From: Rhizaria sp. SCN 62-66
Taxonomy: Eukaryota
DNA: 20,000 bases
NCBI GenBank assembly: GCA_001724265.1
Contig: MEDY01000285.1
Location: 45,809-65,808, forward strand
Direction: 5' to 3'
Shown here: positions 1 through 9,231 of the stretch, one piece after another
Position numbering within the stretch: position 1 is the first letter of the stretch
Layout: every line of letters starts with the position of its first letter
Notes under the pieces: generated by a model
Seen by the model: the letters and a program-made list of their open reading frames with translations, nothing else
The model's database searches: none
What the model was told of the DNA's origin: nothing
Program-made: the position numbers and the translations under genes

Positions 1-2
1 TG

Positions 3-641
3 GCGCCCGCGCCGCAGACTCTTAAGTACACCAAGTACGAGGTCCGCGACACGCTCGACGGGCTGATCGACAACGGCCCGCGCGACGATGGCGCGGACCC
101 CGAGGCCGGCGCTGGCGTGATCGAGCGCCGCGAGCGCGTGTTGAAATAGCACGCCGCGCGCGAGGCCGCGGCAGCGGAGCTGCGCGCGCAGGGCAAGGCG
201 GGCAAGAAAAAACTCAAGAAGAAGGCCAAGAACGCTGCTGCTGGTGCGAATACTGCGAAGAAGGACTCTGCGGCGGCGGTGGATGGAAGTGGGTCGTCGC
301 TGAGCCGGTCCAACTCGGCGTCTCTGTCAGCGAACGCGCCGCTCGCGCCTGGCGGGCTGGAGGGGTCGAGCTCCAGTGCGAGCGCCCGGGGCGGCCGCCG
401 CAGCAGCGACGATCTGGGCATGGGCATGGGACTGGGGCTCACGGCGGCGCAGCGCGGGGGCGCGAGCGTGGTCGACGGGCTCGCTTTTGACGATGATGAC
501 GGCGGTAATGAGGATGAGGACGAGGATGCGCTGGCGGAGGCACAGCTGGGACTGGGCACGCAGGCGAAACAACAGCAGCAACAGCAGCGGCGCAAGGACG
601 AGGACGAGGGTGAGGACGAGCTTGCGGGTATCCAGCGTTGA
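3..641 (+). CDS. 3' part of an unknown protein (5' end outside window) with Lys-rich, acidic and poly-Gln C-terminal tail; contains an in-frame TAG at 147-149
   Basis: Frame 3 reads APAPQTLKYTKYEVRDTLDGLIDNGPRDDGADPEAGAGVIERRERVLK*HAAREAAAAELRAQGKAGKKKLKKKAKN...DDDDGGNEDEDED...QQQQQQRRKDEDEGEDELAGIQR*. G/C-ending codon bias is continuous on both sides of the TAG. GC content falls only after TGA 639-641. Confidence 0.75.
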
Positions 642-1009
642 GTGAAATCACTGTTGATTGCGAGATTGTTCGAGGACATCGTGCGAAATCATCAATTGTC
701 CCACAGTGAGTTTACGCTCTGGGGCATGAAAGGATGAAGGCCAAGTTGGACCGTAGAGGGCCCTTTGTAAATTTACACATATTATCCAAATATCGACTGC
801 GAGTCAAATACACCCATAGTACCAGTTTTCTCACGCGTGTCTGTTTAATGGAGATAGCTTCGCTAAAAGGAGCGCACAACTACAAAAAAGCGTTTGTGGT
901 GGCCCAGCGTCCGCCACCAGACAAGATCCGTGACCAACTTTGGCTCAGGTGTTCTTCGTCACTCTGACATGGAAATTGACAAATGTTATTTTGTTGTGAT
1001 TTGAGATAG

Positions 1010-1048
1010 GCTAATGTGTATTTCTTGATTTCTCTTTTCTGCGCGCAG
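1010..1048 (+). other. 3' splice acceptor upstream of Skp1-like start (5'-UTR intron end or trans-splice site)
   Basis: GCTAAT branch site (1010-1015), TTTCTTGATTTCTCTTTTCT tract and GCAG ending at 1048, 12 nt before ATG 1061. Confidence 0.7.
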
Positions 1049-1060
1049 GTTTAAGACAAC

Positions 1061-1679
1061 ATGTCCCTGGACGATGATGTTGAGATGTTCACCCTCGTGG
1101 CCAAGGCCGACAACTTCTCTGTTGAGATCGCCAAGGACAACGTCATGGTCTCCGATTTCATCAAGTCCGCCGTTGAGCAGGGTACGTACCATTGTTATCT
1201 ATTGTTGAATTGTGTTTTCATGCCGCTATCCCTGATTTATGTTATACAAAGTCACCTCAAAAGGTTCACTGACCCGTCCTTCATGTTGGCCTCATTTCCC
1301 TGCCAAACCGTTCTTCCCCGCCTCTGCCCTCGCGCCCACAGACCCTTCCGCGACTCGCTTCGAGTTCGACGACATGACGAAGTCCGTTCTGGAGCAGATC
1401 GTGTCGTACCTCAACCACCACAAAGGCAAGCTGCCCCCCGCGGTCGAGACGCCGCTGCGCTCCAACGTGATGCGCGAGGTCTGTTCCGACCCCTGGGACG
1501 CCGAGTACATTGACGGCGTTGCGGGCGCCGGCAACGACGTCGCCGCGCTCTACGCGCTTATGCGTGGCATGCTGCTGCTGGCTATTGACACGCCGTTCCG
1601 TCTGGTTTGCGCCAAGATCGCGTCGCTCATCAAGGACAAGTCCATCGATGAGGCCCGCGACATCCTCAGCGCTAAGTAA
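1061..1679 (+). CDS. SKP1-like: Skp1-family protein (divergent, 152 aa); exons 1061-1181 and 1342-1679
   Basis: Splicing G|GTACGT(1182)...CACAG(1341)| joins two ORF-track frames into MSLDDDVEMFTLVAKADNFSVEIAKDNVMVSDFIKSAVEQDPSATRFEFDDMTKSVLEQIVSYLNHHKG...PLRS...WDAEYID...CAKIASLIKDKSIDEARDIL. This shows the Skp1 POZ motif (L..IV.YL.HH), WD.E(F/Y)I and C.K(I/V)A..IK.K motifs. Confidence 0.88.
1182..1341 (+). other. GT-AG spliceosomal intron (160 nt) in Skp1-like gene
   Basis: GTACGT donor, ACTGAC branch-like site, pyrimidine tract and CAG acceptor. Phase-1 splicing restores the Skp1 frame. Confidence 0.88.
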
Positions 1680-2155
1680 GCGCGCTGGCGGCACACGCGA
1701 TTGATAGTTCCTTGTTTGTCAAGGGCATAGTCGTTATTGTGGCTGTTGTTGTTGGTTGGTGTTGTATTGAACTCATGACCAATGAGGAAGTAGGAATGGA
1801 CCCGGTGACAAACGAACCGGTTAGAACGTCTTTCCAAAAGAATAAGTTACATAAGAATACACATTTTACGTTGAAATAAGTTGTCTTGCTTCGGTAATTT
1901 GCATTTTTTTTTCGTCCTGGTCCTAGAACAAAATCATGTGATATCTGCCTTAAAAGAACTCGTGACAACTCCAACCAGAACCAGTTTGTGGTAGGCCTGA
2001 TCAGCTTCAAGAAAGCACATAAAACGCGACTCAACTGCGACAAAAGATCCGACAATTGCGAATATGTAACTATATTTGTATACTTGTAACATACTATTGT
2101 CTGATAAATTCAACTTAATTGCGAAATCCCTTAATTAACACCTAGATATCCTCTT

Positions 2156-2178
2156 TCTAATCTCCTGTCTCTCCACAG
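2156..2178 (+). other. 3' splice acceptor upstream of TPR gene start (5'-UTR intron end or trans-splice site)
   Basis: TCTAAT (2156-2161), CTCCTGTCTCTCCA tract and CAG ending at 2178, 5 nt before ATG 2184. Confidence 0.7.
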
Positions 2179-2183
2179 ACTCG

Positions 2184-3965
2184 ATGGATAAGGCTGCCGC
2201 CACTTCCCCGGCCGCCGCAGCCCCCGCTGCCACCACCCCCGCGGCCGCCGCTCCCGCCGCAGCCTCCCCCGAGGCCAGCAGCGCTTCCCCCGCCGCGCCC
2301 GCCGCCGCCGGTACCGAGGAAGAGGAGGAGCTCCCGCGGTTGCTTGCGGCTGACACAGCAGCCGTGGCTGCCATGGACGCCGCCATCTCAACCCACGGGC
2401 TCGACAGCGTTCCTGCGCTCGCGGCCTGCGTCGCCGCGCTCGATGCGTGGATTCCGTTGTACAAGCTGCAGCCGATGGACGAGCTGCTGCAGCGCATCTG
2501 GGCGCTGTGCCGCGCGCGGTATCAGCCCGCGCCGGACCACGTCAAGCGCCTGCTGCAGGTGGTGCGCGACGCCAAGGAGGCCGGACTCACTGTCGTGCCC
2601 GGTCCGGGGCCTGAGGATACGGCGGAGAAAGACGACGCAGCTGCTGAGGCTAATGATGAGCCGACCGCAGACAAAAAGGCTGGCGACAACAACAACAAGC
2701 CCAGTGGCGGCCCGGATGATACCACGACGACTGCAACAACGGCGGCCACGAAAACGACCGCTGACGCAGACGCAGACAACTCGTCGTTCCCCGCCGCCGA
2801 CTCGGACGGCCACGAGCTGACCGCGCCGGCCCCGTCCCCCGCCGTGCGTGCGCGTCTCGCCGCGGCGGCCCGCACCGCGGCCTCCTTGCTGTCCGGCGTG
2901 GAGTTAACCGACTCTGCTGCCATCGACGCCGCCGTCGCGCGCGCGGACCTCCTGGACGCCACTGAGGCTGTGGCGCGGCGCAACGCGGGCGGGGACCTGC
3001 TTCCGCGCGCGATGCAGCTCAAGGCCTTCCTGCGGTACAAACAGCACCGGTTCCGCGACTCCCTGGCGCTCTTCGCCGCGTTCAAAGCGCTCGTCGGGCC
3101 CTCAGCGGAGCTCTTGGAGAACATGGGCCACGCGCACAACACCGTGGGCGAGCACGAGCGCGCCGTGGCGTGCTTCACCGAGGCGCTGGGCGTTGTCCGC
3201 CTTAAGGCGCAGCTCACGCCCGGGTACTCCGCAGAGGACCACTCCGGTGGGCTGCTACTGGGGCTCGGCGTCTCCCTCAAGCGGACGGGTCGGCTGAGGG
3301 AGGCGCTTGAGACGATGCAGCAGGCGAGGGACGTGTTCATTGCGCGGCACCGCGGGAAAGACCACTCGCTCGTCGGCAAGGCGCTGTCGGCGATGGCCGA
3401 GACGCACGCGCTGCTGGGGGAACCCAAGCAGGCCCTCGCGGCGCATCTGGAGACTGTGCGGATCTTCCGCGCAACGTGCGGCGTGTGCCCTCTGACTGCG
3501 AACGCGCTCGCCGCGCTCGGTCTGTCGCTCCTCTCTCTGGGGCTGGTTGCCGCGGCGCTCGAGGCGCTGGACGAGGCGCTGGCGCAGCACTGTGGGTTTG
3601 ACACGCTCGACCTGCCGGAAATGATCCGGATCACGGATGAGATGGTGCGCGTGCGCGGGGCGCTCGTGGGGCAGCCGTTCCCGAAGCGAGACTCGCCCGT
3701 GCTGACGCTGGGGCGCGCGTTCGGGCCCAGCGTGGCGCCGCTGCGGCGCGGCGTGGCCGCCATGGAGGGGCAGGGCCGCGGCGGCAGCGACGACGCGGCG
3801 GTGTTTTATAAGAGCGCGGGAGAAGTGCTGCTGCTGGCGGGGGAGAAGGCCGAGGCTAAGGTCTGGCTCGGCAAGTCGCTCGCGCTGCTGCGCAAGGTCA
3901 CTGCGGTTGATTGCACGGGGCTCATGGAGACGCTCACGACTCTTATCGCCTTCTGTGACAAGTGA
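2184..3965 (+). CDS. Tetratricopeptide-repeat (TPR) protein, 593 aa, single exon, with Ala/Pro-rich N-terminus and a low-complexity internal segment
   Basis: Long ORF with strong codon bias. TPR-like helix pairs include ELLENMGHAHNTVGEHERAVACFTEAL, LLLGLGVSLKRTGRLREALETMQQA, HSLVGKALSAMAETHALLGEPKQALAAHLETVRI, PLTANALAALG and FYKSAGEVLLLAGEKAEAKVWLGKSL. Confidence 0.8.
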   Translation: MDKAAATSPAAAAPAATTPAAAAPAAASPEASSASPAAPAAAGTEEEEELPRLLAADTAAVAAMDAAISTHGLDSVPALAACVAALDAWIPLYKLQPMDELLQRIWALCRARYQPAPDHVKRLLQVVRDAKEAGLTVVPGPGPEDTAEKDDAAAEANDEPTADKKAGDNNNKPSGGPDDTTTTATTAATKTTADADADNSSFPAADSDGHELTAPAPSPAVRARLAAAARTAASLLSGVELTDSAAIDAAVARADLLDATEAVARRNAGGDLLPRAMQLKAFLRYKQHRFRDSLALFAAFKALVGPSAELLENMGHAHNTVGEHERAVACFTEALGVVRLKAQLTPGYSAEDHSGGLLLGLGVSLKRTGRLREALETMQQARDVFIARHRGKDHSLVGKALSAMAETHALLGEPKQALAAHLETVRIFRATCGVCPLTANALAALGLSLLSLGLVAAALEALDEALAQHCGFDTLDLPEMIRITDEMVRVRGALVGQPFPKRDSPVLTLGRAFGPSVAPLRRGVAAMEGQGRGGSDDAAVFYKSAGEVLLLAGEKAEAKVWLGKSLALLRKVTAVDCTGLMETLTTLIAFCDK

Positions 3966-4353
3966 ACAGGCGTCTCGAATGCTTGGGCGAGAAGATTCAA
4001 GTGAGCTGCCTTCTGCTGCGCGAGGGAATTCTCGCGGTATATATTTGCTGATGAGGAATTCCATCAGGGGCCAGTGATATATTAATACAAAACTAAATCT
4101 ATCTTGTGAAATTTAACTTGGGGGCGCTTAGTACACGGAGAACTATCTTGAATTGTGTGTTCGCCACAAGTTGTTTTGGTGCCAAGCTGTCCAAGGGAAT
4201 GGGTTTGGCGCCCTCTGATCGCCAATGTTCATCGTTAAGTAGCGTGTCGACCATCCGTTACACGGAAATATCAATATTTGTTTCTGGTCTAATTTCTGAC
4301 TTTTGACCACATAATATAGCGACGACGCCTCCAGCGACGTATATCCTGTGCAA

Positions 4354-7300
4354 ATGCACATCAAGCAGATCATTGTCGAAGGGTTCAAGACCTACAAGGA
4401 CCGCACCGTTATCGACAACCTCAGCCCTGGCGCCAACGCTATCGTCGGTCCCAATGGTAGTGGTAAATCAAACATCTTTGCAGGTAAGTGTCTCTGCCCT
4501 CGCAAAACCTCCACCTCTGCTTTATCCTTTCCCCTGCCGACTCGCTCTCGTCGCGCCCTCCCCTCCCACTAATTTGTTGCCTGCACTTGGTATCTTCGCT
4601 CTCGTTTTTCTCATGCTTTCTTGACTTCTCTCTTTGCACACTTGCGCTCTAATCCGTCTCTTGCGCAGCGATTGAGTTCTTGCTCAGCAACGAGTTTGCT
4701 ACGCTGACCCCCGATGAGCGCCGCGCGCTGCTGCACGAAGGCGCTGGCCACCAGTCCGCCGCCGCGAGCGTCGAGATCATCTTCGACAACGCCGACGGCC
4801 GCATCCCCGTCGAGCGCCGTGACACAGTCTCGCTGCGCCGCACCATGGGCACCAAGAAGGATGAGTACTTCCTCGACGGCAAGCACATCACGCGCTCTGA
4901 AGTGGTTTCGCTGCTCGAGTCCGCTGGTCTGTCGCGGTCGAACCCGTACTACATCGTCCAGCAGGGCAAGGTTGCGAAGCTGATCAAGATGCGCGACGCC
5001 GAGCGCCTCGACCTTCTGATGGAGATTGCCGGCACGCGCACGTACGACGAGCGCCGCGCCGAGTCCCTGCGCGTCATGGCCGAGACCGACGCCAAGCGCA
5101 AGGAAGTCGCCGAAGTACTTGCGTCGATCGAGAAGCGCGTCGCCGAGCTCGAGGCCGAGAAGACGGCTCTGCGCGCGTTCCAGGACGCCGACGCCGACCG
5201 CCGCGCGCTCGAGCACGCGCTGCTTTCCCGCCGCGAGCGCAGGCTGGCCGAGGCGCTCGCCGCGCTCGACGCCGCGCGCGCCGCCGCGGGGGATCAGTCC
5301 GCGCAGCTCCACGCCGCCGCCGCCGCCGCCGCCAAGGAGAGCCAGGCGGCCGCGGCCGAGCTCGCGCGTGCTGGTGACGCCGCTGCTGAGGTGCAGGGCC
5401 GTCGCGCCGGCCTCGAGCAGACGCGTCAGACACGCGCGGTTGCATTAGCGCAGGCCGAGGCCGCGGCGCGCGAGGCCGCCGACGCGCGCGCCGCCGCCGA
5501 GGAGGCCGCGGGCAGTGCGCGTCGCGAGCGCGCGGAGCTTCTGGCTCAGATTGAGGCCGCGCGCGGGGAGGTCACGCGCGCGGAGGCCGCCGCGACGGCC
5601 GCGGCGACAGCTGCGAGCGAGGCACGCGCGCGCAGTGGGCTGCTCGAGCAGCGTAAGTTGCAGCTGCAGGCGAAGCAGGGCCGCGCGGAGCAGTTCGCGG
5701 ACAAGAAGGCCCGCGACGCGCACCTGACGGCGCAGATCAAGGCGCTTGAGAAGGAGGCCGCCGCCGCCGACGCCGCCGCGGCCGCCGCCGAGAAGGACGC
5801 CGCCGCGGCCGAGACCGCGCGCGCCGCCGCCGCCGCCGTCGCCAACGCCAAGCCCTCCGAAGTCGCCGCCGGTGAGGCCGCGCTTGCTTCACTCGAGCGC
5901 GACGCTGCGGCGGCCCGTGTGGAACAAGATGCGGCACAGAACGCGCGGCGCGAGGCGTGGCGCGCGCTTGAAGCCGCCGAAGCCGCCGTCAAAGACGCTG
6001 TGGCGAGGACGGAGGCGGCGCGGCGCGACGCGCAGGCGACGATGGACCGTGAGGTCTTCCGCGGACTCGAGGCCGTGCGGCGGCTGGCGCGCGAGCACGG
6101 CATTGCGGGCGTGCACGGACCGCTTGTGGACCTGATCCAGTGCGATAAGCTGTTCCAGCCGTGCGTCGAGACGGTCGCGGGCGGCGCGTTATTCCACGTC
6201 GTGGTCGACTCGGACGCCGTCGCGGCGAAGCTCATCGCGCTGCTGAACCGGGAGAAGGCCGGCCGCGTGACGTTCATGCCGCTGTCGCAGCTGCGCGAGT
6301 GGCCGGTGCGGTACCCGCAGCGACAGGACTGTCTGCCCATGCTCCAGCGACTCACGTTCGACCCCAGGCACCGCGCCGCAGTCTTTCAGGTACGGAAAGG
6401 CTTACTCACGCAAAACTATGACTGTCGCGTTGTTTGACTACAGTCGCATGTATTGTTTTCAATCGTATGTTACACTCTTTAAATCTAACTCATTTTGTAA
6501 TTTTTTGTTTTAACTTGATATCTTCAATCTGTGTAGGTGTTCGGTCGCACTGTGATCGTACGCTCGCTGCCCGTGGGCTCGGAGGTGTCCAAGTCGCACA
6601 ACCTCGACTGCATCACCGCTGGCTGCGAGCGCGTCTCCCGCCGCGGCGCACTGACGGGCGGTTTCGTCGACACCGACGTCTCCCGTCTGCGCCGCGCACA
6701 TGCCCACCGTGAGGCCATCACAGCGCAGACCGCGGCCGAGGCCGAGGTCGCCCGTCTGCGCACCGCCGTCGACGACGCCGACGCGCGCGTAACTGCGTTC
6801 ATGTCCTCGCTCGCCAAACTGGCACAGGCGCGCGCGGCCGCGGCGGAGAAGGTCCGCGCCGCGCAGACGCTGGCCACGGACGCGGCGGCCGAGGCGCGCG
6901 CGCTAGCCGACGCTGCCGCCGCCAAGCGCGTCGCCGCCGCGACGGCCGCCGCCAGCCGCGCGCTGCTGCAGGAGCAGCTCGACGCCCACCGGGCCGAGAT
7001 CAAGGCGCCTTTCGACGCGGAATTGGGCGCGAAGGACCGCCGCGCGCTGGCCGACATCACTGCGGAGGCCGCCGCGGCGGGCACGGCCGCCAACGACGCT
7101 GCGGGCGCCGAGGCCGAGGCCGCAGTCCGCGCAGACCGCGCGCGCGCGCACTTAGAGGGTTTTTTGCTGCGGCGCTTGGCCGAGGTGCAGGCCGCCGAGG
7201 CGCGCGCGCTCGCCGCCGCCGGTGAGGCCGCCGACGCGGCCGCTGCGGCCGAGACGGACCTGCGCGCGGCCAAGGCGGGCGCTGAGGAGGCCCGCGCCGC

Positions 7301-8687
7301 GCTCAAGGCCGCCGAGCGCGACGAGGCGGCGGCTGCAGAGGCCGTGACTGCGGCGGGCAAGCGCGCGGACGAGGCTCGCGCCGCCGAGGCCGGGGCACAC
7401 AAGGACGCCGCGGACGCCTCGCAGTCGGCCGGACAGGTGCTCGGCCGCGCGGCGGTGCTGGAGCAGCAGCTGGGCGAGACCCGCCGGGACATGGCCGCGC
7501 TGGGCGCGCTGCCGGCGGCGGCGCTGGACGCGTTTGCCAACACGCCGCTGCGGGAGCTCGAGGAGAAGCTTTCCCGCGCCGTCGCAGCCGTGGCGAAGCA
7601 CGCGGGCGTGAACAAGCGGGCGCCGGAGCAGGCCGCGGAGCTCAAGCAGCAGCGCGAGGAGCTCGAGGCGCGCCGCAAGGAGATCGACCGTGGACGCGCG
7701 AGCATCGTGGAGCTCATCGAAGGACTCGACCTGAAGAAGGATGAGGCGATTGACCGCACGTTTAAGGCCATCGGGCAGCATTTCTCGCAGGTATTCGCGG
7801 AACTCGTGCCCGGAGGCAAGGGCACGCTCGTGCTGCACTCGCGTGCGGGCGCGGGCGCCGGCGCCACTGCGGCTGCAGGCGAGGCGACGGACCTGGCTCA
7901 GGGCGGTGGGCGGATGCGCGATGATGACGACGACGATAACAAGGCCGGCTCAGAGTCCGAGTCCGATTCCGAGCAAGAGGAAGAGGAGGAGAGTGCTGAC
8001 GAAGGCGAGGATGCGCGCGCCGGCAGCCGCCGCAAGCGCAAGGCTCCTGGAGCCGCTGGCGCCGCGGGCAAGAGCCGCAAATCCATCTCCGCCGCCACTG
8101 CGGGCGCGCGCTCCCCGGGTCGTGCTTCTTCCTCCTCCTCCTCTGCGTCTGCGTCTGCGTCTGCGCAGGAGGAACGCAAGGAGAGCAAAGAAGGCAAGAG
8201 AGACAAGAAGAAGAGTGAGGAGGACCGCACGGGCGCCCGCCTTGCCGCGCTTGCCGGCGCGGGCGGGTCCGCGCTGCGCTTCTCCGGCGTCGGCATCCGC
8301 GTCGCGTTCTCGGGACAGAAGCAGCAGGCGACGGCGCTGCTGTCTGGTGGACAGCAGTGCGTTGTCGCGTTATCGCTCATCTTCGCCATCCAGCGCTGCG
8401 ACCCGTCGCCGTTCTACGTCTTCGACGAAATCGACGCCAACCTGGACGCCGTGCATCGCACCGCGGTCGCGGCGCTGCTCGCGAAGCAGAAGGCGACGAC
8501 GCAGTTCGTCGTCACGACGTTCCGGCCGGAGTTCCTGACCGCGATGGACCGCTTCTATGGTGTGCGCTTCCTCAACAAGACCTCGGTGGTGCGCGAGATC
8601 GGCCGTGCGGAGGCGCAGGCGCTGGTCAACTCTGGTGAGAGCGCCCCGCCCGCTGCCGCTGCTGCCGTCGCCGGCGCGGGCAAGTGA
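4354..8687 (+). CDS. SMC3: Structural maintenance of chromosomes protein 3 (cohesin), ~1333 aa; exons 4354-4483, 4669-6389, 6537-8687
   Basis: [14 protein letters not shown] start; Walker [18 protein letters not shown] (Eco1-acetylated KK pair, 4854-4859); [13 protein letters not shown]; hinge motifs [10 protein letters not shown]...GRVTFMPL...VFGRTVI...GALTGGF; signature LSGGQ; Walker [13 protein letters not shown]3-type [10 protein letters not shown]. Both splices preserve the frame. Confidence 0.97.
4484..4668 (+). other. SMC3 intron 1 (185 nt)
   Basis: CAG|GTAAGT donor, C/T-rich body, TCTAAT branch site and GCAG acceptor. Splicing gives ...[12 protein letters not shown]... Confidence 0.93.
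6390..6536 (+). other. SMC3 intron 2 (147 nt)
   Basis: CAG|GTACGG donor, AT-rich body and TAG acceptor. Splicing gives hinge sequence ...[12 protein letters not shown]... Confidence 0.93.
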
Positions 8688-9231
8688 GTCGTCAGTCACT
8701 CTCGCGGACTGTGGACTGCCAGTTGCTTGCGCGCTTGTGAAGGGAGTCGCCAGTCTCGAAAGCATCTGATGCCAGCTGTTGTCGAACCAACCTTAGCCTA
8801 ATTAGCAATGAGAAAGTATATGTAACAGGCCAGTTGACTCTTTGTTTGGATCTGACTGGCCATTTGAAAGTAACCATGTTGATCTGTGAACCGCAAAATA
8901 CAAAACAAACAATAATTCACACCTTGCTAGCTCGAAGAATCATGTTTTTGTGTTGTATTGATCATACATGAACTATAAAGACTCTAAACTGATTACAAAC
9001 CACATTGCCTGTTGTGGCGCTCAATGATGTCGCTGTGACTTGGCGAAGAGCTACAAGCTCCACGCACATTGTGTACAGACAATTTGTGAGAAACATAACA
9101 TAATGGCTAAACGCTGAAGTTTTTCTAACGGAAAACAGCAAACAAAACAAAACAAACTAGATTCTAGAAGATCCAGCGCGCAATGGTATCACATGCACCC
9201 GCTTAGATGTTCACACGTCGCCACACCCTAC

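Noticed and set aside
117-149. Frame-preserving micro-introns that would remove the TAG (GTGTTGAAATAG 138-149, 12 nt; or 117-149, 33 nt)
   Set aside because: Both are GT..AG, but the donors are non-consensus, there is no branch or pyrimidine tract, and 12 nt is below known spliceosomal minima. Not fully excluded without RNA data.
279-641. Stand-alone 120-aa ORF starting at GTG 279
   Set aside because: It has no ATG start or upstream AT-rich spacer and is the continuation of the frame open from position 3.
1676-1880. A further Skp1 exon supplying the missing C-terminal helix via donor GTAAGC 1676
   Set aside because: I found no downstream acceptor or frame giving NDFTPEEE-like sequence. The MTNEEV resemblance near 1775 lacks a suitable acceptor and codon bias.
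8700-8862. Possible hairpins in the SMC3 3' region (GACTG..CAGTC; GGCCAGT 8828-8834 / ACTGGCC 8855-8861)
   Set aside because: The stems are short and imperfect, as expected by chance, with no ncRNA or SECIS features.
9131-9157. (CAAAA)n-like run, and a similar GT-rich run at about 1737-1770
   Set aside because: These are GU/U-rich 3'-UTR sequence downstream of the IFT88 and Skp1 stops. They are too short and irregular for telomeric or satellite repeats.
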